From: Moniliella sp. 'wahieum'
Taxonomy: Eukaryota
Reading direction: 5' to 3'
DNA length: 64,000 bases
Assembly (NCBI GenBank): GCA_003971905.1
Contig: RSEE01000049.1
Span: 62,001 to 126,000, forward strand
Shown: positions 35,343 through 47,110 of the stretch, piece by piece
Layout of the letters: every line of letters starts with the position of its first letter
Position numbering within the stretch: position 1 is the stretch's first letter
Notes under the pieces: generated by a model
Database searches by the model: none
What the model saw: only the letters and a program-made list of their open reading frames with translations
Told to the model about the DNA's origin: nothing
Made by a program: the position numbers and the translations under genes

Positions 35343-37286
35343 TTAGTCGGCATACTTGCTCTTGGCGCGGATACGAGGCCCATACTTCCAAAAGATGAAT
35401 GGAATAGGGATCATGAGGGTGTTTACACCAGCCAAAAGCAGCGAGGCGCCAACGGCACCGAGACCGTTGTACATTTGCACGCTGAATAGGGGGAAGGCGG
35501 CGGCAGAAGTACATCGGCAGAGTGCGTTGGCAGCCAAGGCCGAGGCGGCCTTGGAGCGCCAGACTTCGCCCGTAAATGTAAAGACGGCAATGAAGACGAG
35601 AAGAATGCCGTATCCAAATGGAATGAGGGAGATGATTGGTGCAACCCAGTGGACGTGTTTGAACGACGTCAAGCCGAACAAGTACAGCCCCAAAGTGGTC
35701 AGCACTCCTCCAACCATGGCCATAGGAAGCCGCTTTTCTGGCTCGGCATGACCCGTCTTGGCCACTGAGACGTCGTACCACTTTCTCCAGAGGGGACGGT
35801 GGCAATGCACAGTAGCATTCCCACGGTCAGTCCGACGAAGGAAAGTCCGCATTGCCACAGAAGGAAGCCATGTAGCCTCATCACATAAGGCACGGCTTGC
35901 ATCAAGAGGTAGGTGACACCCAGGAGGAAGGAGCTCCAGACACAGAGACAGATCATCATGGGTTCCCTCAGCAACTGGGGTACACGCCCTAAGAACAAAC
36001 GGAGTGTCTGAACTTGGGTGCGGTCACCCCGGTCCAGTTCAGCTTGAGAAACCCAACGGGGGTCCCGTGTTTCTTCCCTCAGCTTCTTGGCACGCCGGGT
36101 GAGAATGACGGATGCCAACGTCTCTGGGAGAGGAACAAATTGGCGAGCCAGAGAACAGTGGCCCAGATGATGATGACGTAGAAGCTCCAGCGATAGTTGT
36201 TGGTAAAGTAATCGACAAACCCAAAGATAAGGGGGCCGAGAACGGGTCCAAGGAACGGCTGTGCTCACAAATGGTGTTAGATGATGCATGGTTAAGCATG
36301 AAGAGAAAACGTACACCAGCAGAGAAGATAGCCATCGGCTCGAAGGATTGCGACGGAGGAAACATATCGTGCACACTCCCCCCGGCAACACTGAGGAAGG
36401 CCGACGTACATACGCCAGTCACAAATCGGAAGATGAAGAAGACGGCGGGATTGTTGGCGAATGCGACGGGGAAGTTGAATAAGATAAAGCCACCAAAGAA
36501 GATGATATAGATGTTCCGGCGTCCGTGGAACTGGACCAAGTCTTAAAGTCAGCCACCATTTTCCCAAAATTCTCGGCACGGGCGAAAGAAAGCCAGGGAG
36601 GAAGAGGACATACCTCTGAGATCGGACCAATCACTGCTGGGCCTACTCCTAGTGCCAGGACAAAGAGACTGACAGCGAGGAGGGCAACCTCGTGAGGAAC
36701 GTGAAAGTCGCGTTGGATATACTCGTACCCGCTCGAGGCCATGGAGGAGCAAGTGGTGCCACAGACGGAGCAGCCAACCACAATCCCGATGATCATTGAC
36801 CTCTTCCACAAGGGCCACGATTTAGGGTTGTCAGGATCGTCGAGCGGGTCCAGTTGATCTGCACTCTCGAGGTCGGCATCGCCCCGCACGTTCCAGGTAA
36901 CAATCTTCCATTGTGGCTCCAGTGGCTCTTCCTTCTCTGGAGTGGAGTCCAGACGGAACTTTTCCTTTGGAGATACGGTACCGGAGGTGCCTGGTAGGGG
37001 GGTGGACCAGCCGGAGACTTTCCAGAGGGGAAAAGGGGTTGTGGTGCCACCCGTCAGGGGGGTGGCTACGCCGCTATTGTTAGCGTAGGTGGGGGGTAAG
37101 GGGGTGACATCGCCGCTCACGGTGGGGAGGGGTGTCGCTTCCGCTAAAGGTATCATGATGAGGGCGGGAGAGAGCAGCACTTGGCTGTTGGGGGAGAGGA
37201 GGAGAGGAACGAGGGGGGTTGCGGTGCTGGTGAGAATCGGCAAGGAGGTGGGCGATGTGACGCCGCAAGTCTTCGTGGTCCGTCAT
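35343..37286 (-). CDS. MFS drug:H+ antiporter, DHA1 family (second paralog)
   Basis: Motifs: DDPDNPKSWPLWKR, GPISE|FHGRRNIY, FRFVTGVCTSAFLSVAGGSVHDMF, LPETLASVILTRRAKKLREETRDPRW, EPEKRLPMAMVGG, AASALAAN, FWKYGPRIRAKSKYAD. Introns 36531-36613 and 36259-36314. Start uncertain (37286 or 37155). Confidence 0.92.
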
Positions 37287-40200
37287 GCGGATGGGGGCCC
37301 GCAGGGATGGAGGAGGCGAATGGGTGTGGTGTGGGGGGTGGGGGAGGGGCGAAAAGTAGCTCAGTGGGCGTAAGGTGCGGCAGGGGTGCGCGCAAATGGC
37401 GGTACTTTGCACATATATATACACGAGGTCAAGATGGCGTATGGTGTGGGCCCAGCAAGCTGGCGGAGGTGGAGTGTGTCAGATGCGGCGGCGGGGGTTT
37501 GAAAATTGACGCACGGCGTACGTCGCTGCTTTCCACCCGCCGACCGTCGAGGCGTGTTCTGATCTCAGCCGCACACGTCGCCAGCGCCCTGAGAGGCCTG
37601 AGCCCTGAGCTCAGGCCTGATCGATCCCAGATAGCGTGCGTTTGAGCCTTGGAGAGCTGGGAGCGGCTGAGTCAAATGCTTACAGGTCACATGGTCACAC
37701 CTGCCCATACCCGCTGGATGCTTCCTGTCCAAGCGCGCGACCTTGGCGCTCTTGGATCTTACGCCCCCCCCACACTGCCCGCCCGCTGTCCGCACGGAAT
37801 GGCGTCGAGCCGTTGAATGTTGAACGGGACGTCGACCTCAGTGAACGGGGTGACCAGTTGAACGGGTTGAACGTTAAACCGTGCCTTGAACATTTGACTC
37901 CAGCCCCCTTTCCCGGGTCTGCCCGCTCCGCCGCCGGCTGGGTCCGAACGCGGAACGATGGCAGAGTGGGCGGCTTTTTACCACCGCCAAAGGTCGCATG
38001 TTCGCAGATGGGGCGGTGATCGAGTGATCGCTCAATGCTCGGATCACCGATCGATCACCGGCGAAGTCACCCTTCCCAGTTGCCCCAGCCTCCGTCGAAC
38101 CACCCGCTCAGTCTGTCTGCCCAAACCACCGCCAAATTTCTAAGTCCACCGATTCATCTGTCCAGCTGCAGGCCCAGCGGAGAAGGGCAGTGTGCATACC
38201 ACCGGCTGATAACTTTGCGCTTGCCTTCCTGGGCCAACGGTATTTTCCTCTTTTTTCGCCCTCGAATTTGTCCGCTCGGACCTGTTGCAGCGGGTAATAC
38301 GTTGCACTCCCTAGGATCGTACTATAGCGATGGTCTTCGGGCACTCATGCGGCGTTAGCGGTACCGCCGTACCAAAGTGCGATCATCGATATTGCATCGA
38401 TCAAGATCCAATCAGCATTCGGATGATCTCTCGATCATCGACGATGCATGGTGCATGGTGCATGGTGCCCGATGCGCGATAGTCGACAAAAAGCGCACAG
38501 GCTTGGCACAGTGCCCAGTGTCAATAAATGATGCACAAGGGACATTGCTGATGGTGTAGTGGCGAGTGCTGCTATAAGAAATTGGGGGCTAGTCCCTAGT
38601 ATCAAAAGTAGGGTTAGCGGTTACCAGTCAAAAGTGCTATATATAGGTCCGCAGTGTCCAAGATGCTCTTTTCAGCCAAGCTTCAAGCTTCAAGCTCCAA
38701 GGCTTCAAGCTTCATTCCTTTCTCGCAGACTCACATAGCTCGCATCATGCATCGTCATCGATCGTTCCACATATAGGAACGGCGATATCGGTCATCGCTG
38801 AATCTCATCTCCGTTTCGGTCTCCTGATTTCCATCTCACAGTCTCTGCTTTGGCGCCCAAATGGATCGATACCGACAAACTTTCCCAGCATCTATATCAC
38901 TAGCTCATCAACGTTCAATATTCAATGTCATTAACCTCCGATGTCATTAACGTTCAACGTTCAATGCACTCACTATACAGCAGAACCCAACAGCAACTAT
39001 AGCCTTCAGACTACGCTGGCGTATAGACGAAGCAATCTAACGAAGAAAAGGGACAGATGCGGTCCAATCTCTCTAAAAAAAAGGCCTATATTCTATCCCC
39101 AGAGAGTGCGTGTGGAGAGTTGTGTAATGTGTGTGAGTCTCATATAATATCTATCCCTGGCCGTCTGGTCAAACAGTAACAGCCTAGAATGTACGTGCCT
39201 TTTCTTGGTCTGCCCGTTCCCACAGATAGAGTTGTAGAGACCAGGCTGACCAACCCCCACATTTGTTTTCCCAGCACCTCCCGTCATGTAGCCTCGGGGC
39301 TATAAGCGAGGGAGACCAAGGCCCTATCAGATCTGAGCGACGGGAAATGGCAAGATATGATCGTTCGTCAGAAGAAGAGGATGCAGGAGGCATCAGACAA
39401 GGAACAGAAGCAAAGGGAAGAAGAGAAGGCCGAGTAGATACACAGGATGCAGAATTGGAAATTGTGGAGAGAGAGCTCAGTCAGGAGACATAATGTCTCG
39501 TCTCTAATGTTAGGATATCCCCGCCGACGGGTCCTGAAAGCCGAAAGCTTTGTAGCTTGGTGCCCTCCGCAGGTATCAGCTCCCAGATCTCAGTTCTAAG
39601 TAGGCACAGCTCTCATACCCTTTTGTTTTTGGGAATATTGGCTGCAGCGACCTTAAGTCTGGTACCTGACCACATTATTCACGAATATCTTCCTACATGA
39701 CAAAACGCGGATAATATGGAACCCTCCTCTCACTTATAACCATTCTATTGGAGATGTTGGCCCTTCGGCTAAGGTCTTCTTTCTGTGCTGGGAATTCACC
39801 TCTCCTATCATCTCTCCGTAGGTTAGAGCCCAGAGAAGAAGGGACGCTGTCCGAATTTCGACTGAAAAGAAAAGAGAAAGCAGGAGCCGTTCTCTGTCTG
39901 CATCGGAGCCGATCGGACGAAATCACAGGTCTTGCCTTCACACAGTCCGAAATGAATGTCTGATTGTCAGGCCCACTCTTCAAAACCTTCAAGAAAAAGA
40001 GAAGAGTATGATAACGGATCAAAAGAAGACCAAAAGACGGCATTAACCATTAACTGCATTAACCCTCACATCCATCACAGTATTCATTACAAGATGACCA
40101 ACGGACTTAATACACGGCCCGTCCACTGTTCCGTCGTTCACACCGGTTGACTGTCCTAAAATAATTCTACTAATCGTTCATGAAAAGTGTATGCTCGATG

Positions 40201-41417
40201 TATGGCGGTGGTGGCGGTGGCAGTGGCGGCTGTTGGGACACAAAAACGCGGTCCTATACAGAATCATTTCCATTGAATCCATTGTGTTTGTGCACAACTT
40301 CTTTTCAGTAGTATAACGGAAACCCGTTCCGCGCCAAGGTTGCTTTCGTCTGGCGTTTGCTGACAGCTCGCGCCCGCCAAAATTGGAATCCAATGCAGTT
40401 CCCAGTAGTCCACAGGACCCTCTCGCTCCAGTCATTCATTCCCAAACCGGGTTTGCACGAGTAGATACGGACGAGTGTTGCATTGGTCGGGGGGGAATGA
40501 CTAGTCTTGAATGAGACCCCCATCTTCAACCAGTTCTATATCCATTGACCAATGTTGTTCTTTGATGAGCATTCTTGGTGGCGTATATAGTACCATCGCC
40601 TCTTCTTCTTCTTGACCAAAAAGGAGAATGGATCTCGAGCGTGTCTCTTTGCTCATCTCTCCCCCATGTGCACGCCTTCGGGGCGAAAGGACTGGTATGT
40701 ATCATCTTTTCAGGCTGTGTATACAAAAGCACAGAAGTTATCACATAACATTCGAAGATCTAGCACCAACAGCATAACACGGGGCCTCGCATCCGTCTCT
40801 TCCCGGTTGCCCCAGTCCCCAGGCAGCGCATGGAAGAGGAAACCATTCGAACATTTATTACATTTCGATTGGGGCCATTGCACGACGGACTCTGCTCCCA
40901 CAGCCCCCATAACCTCGATAGCCCTCCCGTTTACGAATCTATATATATCTCTTTTACGGCAAAACAACATAGTATCCCTTTTAGACATTCTGTGTGAATG
41001 GAGCAGCTCTCTTGGTGTAACTTCTGATAAGGCCTTCGCCTGGGTCCACACGGTAGGGGTTCCGAGGCCATGCTACATGCTACATGAAGCATGATGCATG
41101 ATATGCATGGTGCCTGCTTCCTGAGACTGAAGAAACTTTTGCGGACTGGGATGGCATCGGATTATGTTTGCAACCTATACCATCCCACCAACGTCATATG
41201 GATAACGTTCTATCTCTTCAAGCTTCAAGCTTCAAGCTTCATAGTCCTCCATGCTCTGCCGACACTCAGACGGAGATAATGTGCGGTAGTAGGAGGGGCA
41301 GGACATCGGATCTCCATTACATTATGCGATGCCGAAAGAATGTGGGGCGCAGAAGTGTGAACCATAATGCATAACCCTTCTTTGAGAGTCAAAGACCCTA
41401 TACTCGTCCACGACTTG

Positions 41418-41703
41418 GTAATTCCACTACAGAGGGACGGTTTAAGCGTTCTAGTTATGCCTGAGTTTGTTCACGATCTATATATATCTACCGTATGTGG
41501 TCATTATATCACTAAATTATCCGGGACTCCCCAGAGTCTGGAAACTTGACGCTCAGTAATTCCATTAGAGGGGGGTGGTTTAAGCGTTACGGGTCGTTTT
41601 GTTACAGTTATACCTGAGTTTGTCCACGGTCTATATATACCGTGTGTGGTCATTATCTCAAAAGGAGTCCGGCTTCCCCCGGAGTCTGGAAGCTTGACGC
41701 TCC
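41418..41703. repeat. Diverged tandem duplication of a ~140-bp unit containing TATATATA
   Basis: Units 41418-41555 and 41556-41703 share GTAATTCCA, GGTTTAAGCGTT, CCTGAGTTTGT, TCTATATATA, TGTGGTCATTAT, GAGTCTGGAA and CTTGACGCTC. Confidence 0.85.
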
Positions 41704-42812
41704 CATAAGTCCACCGCACCCTTCACTCTCATCGCACAGTGCCTCTCACCGCACATCTCAGTGCCTCTCGTCTGACACTGTTTGAGTTTTTGACGCTCAC
41801 TTTTGGTACAGCTTTCTTTTGGTTGGTCCCACAGATTGCTCGATACCCGACACATGGACCGCATCCAAGTGCCTCCCAATACGTTGGAGAGATGCCCACC
41901 GGTGCATTATTGTGATACGCAGAACTGTATTGTGGGTCAAATATATATCCCGCGGCAGTGGTACCTACGGTTAACCCTTGGCACCATTGTTGACCACATT
42001 GACCGATTGACCCATTGACCACTCTGGGACCCTACCCAGATGCCTGGCCTCCATCCAGTAAACCGTGTCTTTACCACAAGCTGGGAGTGACTATTTTTTG
42101 GCGCTGAGAGAACCGGAACCGACTGTCCTGGTCCGGGCTTATGGGTCAAGCGGGGGTGCCGACGAAGAAAGACGAAAATAAGATACGGAAATTCGGGAGG
42201 TCAGCATTTGCTGCCAAGTGTCCACCCACCCACAGACAAACAGCGGCCGTGCGAGGAAGCGGAAGGGCCCAAGTATATTATAGGATCAAAGATCGGTGTG
42301 GTCAAGAAGTTGGGGTGCTAAGCCTGCGATATCCTCATCGGGACACAGGTTGAAGGATATGGGTGCGCGCTTTCCACAATATAGCTGCTCCCCGCAATGC
42401 GCGCATTACTTTTCGAATTAGCCATCAACTACTTTTTGTGGAGCAAGTGGCGGTGTGCATGGGAGAAGGCCCTTGGTGAGCAATTTCCACATGGTCAATG
42501 GGGCAGAGACAGAGAACCCGTGGGAGCGGAGGACCGGGAGCCGGGGAGCTTGGAGGTCTGTGGGCCAGCGAACTTAGAGGACTGAAAATCTGGGCGCGCT
42601 GAGCGCTGAGCGCAGCCGCCACCTTGCTCTACTGTGCTCGCCCTTTGGCCCACAGCGGCGAGCGGGACGTGTGTGTGATGGGAGGCCATCTCTCGAGCAT
42701 AGCCGGGCATGTATGTGATTGAAGGCTATATAATATGCTGCACCAAAAGCAAGGCCTAATATGGATTGGAGATGTTCCTCCCCCCAGACGCTTTGCCACC
42801 AGCAGACCACTC

Positions 42813-44031
42813 ATGGCTGACGAGAGCGGGAACGATCTGGGAGCTGCTGGGCTCGTCCTCCCCTTTGAACAGAGGGCCCGGGAGAGTCCGCGGGCCTCCT
42901 CGTTCTTCGACCTACTGGAGCCTCCAACAGCAGAAGAGGCAAGCGACCCGTATTTATTGGACTCGCTCGCCTCCATCATTCCATACGACAACATTTCCAG
43001 ACCCATCTTCCCAGCCCAAGGCTCTGTCGACTGGTCTGCCGCAGAGGCACTACCAGCTTTTTCAGTGCAGTCCAGCCCCGACGAAAGCCTGTTCTCTTGG
43101 CCCCAGACCCACGTTACGCCACAGCAACACTTCCCCCTCACCTCGGTACCCATCCATCCTGACCCACCCCTTTTGTGTTCTAGCCTATTTCCCGCTCCAA
43201 GACAAGCAGACTCCCACTAGAGTCACAATGGGCTCCCCCACCTGCACCTGTGTTTCACCCTGGTTCCGACCCCGTCCCATTCCCAGGTGGGGACGAGTAC
43301 ACCTCATGTTTGCCTCAGGACCTGGTGTCGCCAAACGGCCGGCCGTCACGGAAACGGGAAGCGATCACTTTCTGTCCGCAGGGGTGGAAACCGAGGCTCT
43401 ACACCCCCCCTAACCGGAGACTGGTAGACGTGTCTCTTCTACCTGACAAAATACTGGGGACATCAGCTGATGCTGCCCACGCCGCGGGGTATTGGATCGA
43501 TTGGGAAAGCCGTGTGCAACCTCATCTGGCCCAATATGTACCCAGTACGTTACCGTTTCTTCCACCGCGGGGAACCGACCGACGCGCCAAGCACAATGCC
43601 TCGGAGCAAAAACGAAGGGGCAACATTAAACGGGGCTATGACCTTTTGAGCCAGCTCGTCCGCCCTCCGAGCCCAAGATGGCACCCACCGCGTTTCCTGG
43701 TCCGAAGCATACATTTTGTCCCAAGGTGCGCCCCTTCCTTCCTAGCGAAGAACCGCCTGAAATAGAGTGTTGACCGGCGCCTGTGAAAGGATTGGAATAT
43801 ATCCGGGAGCAAGTCGAGGCCCATGCCGCACTCTTGGCACGGCGCAGACTCTTACGCGTCGCGATTGCCCGAGCGGCGGGGTGGGAGATTACCCTTCCCT
43901 CGGACTCTCCGCTTACCCAACAAGTCTCTCAACCCCCCTTTCTTGACTCTCATCATCTGTTGAAGGGGACTACGGCAGAATTCCCCTTCATATACATACC
44001 TTTTGTCGACGGTCCTAATAGCTTTTCTTGA
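42813..44031 (+). CDS. bHLH transcription factor
   Basis: Basic-helix1 RRAKHNASEQKRRGNIKRGYDLLSQLV (H-x3-E-x2-RR). Helix2 and zipper fragments SEAYIL..KGLEYIREQVEAHAALLARRRLL. Exon structure uncertain. Confidence 0.7.
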
Positions 44032-44219
44032 CCGGATTCTCTCGCTGGCGCTTTTCTCACAGCGAATATATATGTCTACGGATTTGAGTAGGATGCTCAC
44101 CCGGCGTCTCCTGGCCATCGACTGGATCTAGCTAGAATTGCTGGGGTACATATCAGGAGACTGGGGAAGCATACCTAGGCCATAGGGTGGGATGGATGCA
44201 TGGCAGATACTTTGGGTCT

Positions 44220-45936
44220 TCACTCATCGTCGTAGGAGAACTTGATCGAGTGGGAGCCTTGGTCGATCAAGCCACCGCGGTAAGAGCCCTTGCGGAACTT
44301 GTCCTTTTGCTTGGTGAACGACTTGCCGCGCGTGACGATCATCTGTTCCGACGCCTTGGCGCCCCAGTCCCCAGCACCGCTCTTGGCTGCATACGAGTTA
44401 TCCCTCAACCGATCATCAAGGAACGTCACATCCTCCGCCTTGATCCGTTGGAATCGGTTGGCCACCCCAGACCCTTTGGTTCGCCCCTCGCGCGGAGTCG
44501 AGGAGCTAGGCTGAAATTCCTGGCTTCCTTGGCGGTTCTGCAGAGGACACATTCGCCGGAGATGCCTTCCGTTTCTGCCCAATCACAGGAGCCGGCTCCT
44601 TGTCCGACGGGGAGCTGGAGCTGGAGGAACTAGAGCTAGAGGAGCTAGAGCTGGATGAGCTGGAGCTGGAGCTGGAGCTGGAGCTGGAGCTGGAGCTGGA
44701 GCTGGAGCTGGAGCTGGAGCTGGAGCTGGAGCTGGAGCTGGAGCTGGACGAGTCTGAGTCCGAGTCGGAGTCCGAGTCTGAGTCAGACGAGTCAGGAGTC
44801 AGAGGAGTCAGAAGAGTCGGAAGAGTCGGAAGAGTCGGACGAGTCGGACGAGTCGGACGAGCTCGAGTCGCGGTCCGAGCTAGAACTGGAGCCGGAGCTG
44901 TCCGAGTCTGAGTCCGAGTCCGAGTCCGAGTCCGAGGAAGAGTCGGAAGAAGAATCGCTGTCCGAGCTGTCCGAGCTGGAGCTGCTTCCGCCGTTGCTGG
45001 CCTTGTCCTTCTCAGTCGAGACACTCTCCCCCGTCAGGGTGGCGGAGACGGCAGAGCCCTCGCTCCCTGGCGCACTAACGGGCTTCTCCTCTTCGTCGTC
45101 CGAGTCGTTGTCCGAGTCTGAGGAGTCGCTGTCCGATGACGAGGAGGAAGAGGAAGATGAGTCACTGTCCGAGTCGGAGGAGCTCGAGGAGCTCGAACTG
45201 CTGTCCGCCTTGGCGGCTACCTCTTTCGTCTCCTTCTTTGCTGCCGGCTCATCTTCCGAATCAGAGTCCGACGACGAGTCACTGTCCGAATCCGAGTCAG
45301 AAGAAGACGACGACGACGAGTCACTGTCCGAGTCCGAGTCGGAAGAGGACGAAGATGAGGACGAGTCACTGTCCGACTCTGAGGAGCTTGAGCTGTTGGC
45401 AGCTTGGGCAGGGGCCTCCTTCTCCTTCTCGTCCTCCGAGTCCGAGTCCGACGAGGAGTCGCTCTCAGAGTCTGAGTCCGAGTCAGAAGAGGAAGAGGAG
45501 GAGGAAGAGGACGAGTCGCTGTCTGAATCCGAGTCGGAGGAGCTCGAGTCATCGTCCGAGGACGTTTGGGCGACGTGCCGCTCGGCTTCCGAGGGGGACT
45601 CAGTATCGGTCCCCTCTCCATCGTCCTCGCTCGAGGAAGAGGAGGAGGAGGAAGCATCGCCCACCTGCTCTTCCACCGCGTCTTGCATCTCTACATCAGA
45701 GTCCGAGTCCGAGTCCGAGTCCGAGTCTGAGCTCGACGACGAATCCGAAGACGAGTCCGAGTCGGACGACGAATCGGACGAATCCGAGTCGGAGGTAGGC
45801 TTGGACTTGGTGAGCTTCCGTTTGGCAGGCGTGGCAGCTGGCAGTATGTGTTAGTCCCGCACACGAATTCAGTGAGGAAGGACGTACCCAATGCCTTGGT
45901 AGTGGAGGAGACCTTCTTGCCTACCTTGACAGCCAT
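44220..45936 (-). CDS. SRP40: Srp40 / Nopp140 (NOLC1) nucleolar Ser/Asp-rich phosphoprotein
   Basis: C-terminal SRP40_C domain RFQRIK..LRDNSY..DWGAKASEQMIVTRGKSFTKQKDKFRKGSYRGGLIDQGSHSIKF, preceded by alternating poly-S/D tracts and Lys/Ala linkers. Intron 45838-45887. Confidence 0.92.
44610..44748. repeat. (GAGCTG)n hexamer repeat encoding poly-Ser in Srp40
   Basis: Directly visible; reads TCC AGC codons on the minus strand. Confidence 0.9.
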
Positions 45937-46210
45937 GGTCGAAATGGTTTGAGAGGGGGTGGAAGAGAGGAGAGGGAAAGGGCAGCCAAACTATAAGCAC
46001 TTGAAAAAAATGGAGGCTCGGTGCAACCGGTCGTGCGATAGCGCCAGCTGACGTAATTAAGGTGACAGCCGCCGCCGGGGCAAAAGGGGAGGGCGAATGA
46101 TTAATGACGCGCGACGCGTGACGCATGATACATGACGCATGACGCATGACGCGCAGGACAAAGAGACGTCGCCGTTTCTGTGCTTCATCCCACGGCACGC
46201 ATATAATATC

Positions 46211-46367
46211 GCCCCGCCGTGGTGTAGGAGCAGAGGCCACGGCGCGTAATAGAAAGCTAGGCGGATAGTTAATCAAGCGAGGGACGTAGGATAACCCACT
46301 CATGTCGCCAGCAGCGCGCCAGCTAATCCTAGCTGCCGACGCAGTGGCTAACCACACACACTTTTTT
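46211..46367 (+). ncRNA. Candidate structured small RNA (H/ACA-snoRNA-like layout), unconfirmed
   Basis: 8-bp stem CGCCGTGG/CCACGGCG, ANANNA box ATAGAA (46249-46254), 7-bp stem AGCTAGG/CCTAGCT, and ACA immediately before a T6 run. Confidence 0.2.
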
Positions 46368-47110
46368 ATGTATAGCCCACCCCTACTACAGAGCGGCCTC
46401 TGTAAGCTGGCTGTTGGTGTCCATTTTTGGGTCGCGCCCCGTTTCCCACCATGGAGGGTAATTACCGGCGATCCTTGCTTGCTTCGAGTCGACCAATTGA
46501 GATGCCAGCAGGCCTGCTATACTGGCACACACACAACAAATGCATATGACGCTTGTGATGGCATCACGGGGTGGCTCGTGCGTTTGTGGCCATCAAGGTC
46601 CTCTTCGTCGGTTCACAATGACTCTCAACCTCAGGCCAAGAAGGGATATCTCCGTGTGTTTCTTGCGTCTGGTTTCCAAGATCTGCAACCGCAGGCCGGG
46701 TGGCGCCTAGTCTCTCGATGCCCCTGGAGGTGTCCCGACGGCTGGCCTAGAACACCCCCACAACCACCTTAGGTGCAATTGCATCGCTCTCGACGGCCAT
46801 CAAATCCAGGACTCCCAGCCCTCAATACCGCCGAGTTGCATCATACTATGAGATGCACTGAGATCTAACGTCTGAGCTGTGTAGATTGATGCGAACGAAT
46901 AAGATGTCGGTGGCATTTCTGATACGAGCGAATTTACGAACACAGAGAGGAACAGTAAGTGATGTTCCATAGGGGACGTCCGCAAGTGAGAGTGAGAGGA
47001 TCTACCCCCAAGGGCGTCTACAACCAAACAGTATGCCCACTTTTAAGGAGAGAAGGAAGAAGAAAGAAAAACTAGGATATAGACGATATAGACAGTATCG
47101 GGGTCCGAGG

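Noticed and set aside
44600..45854. Long plus-strand ORFs (399 aa E/S-rich, poly-EL, poly-SW)
   Set aside because: These are antisense shadows of the low-complexity SRP40 coding sequence.
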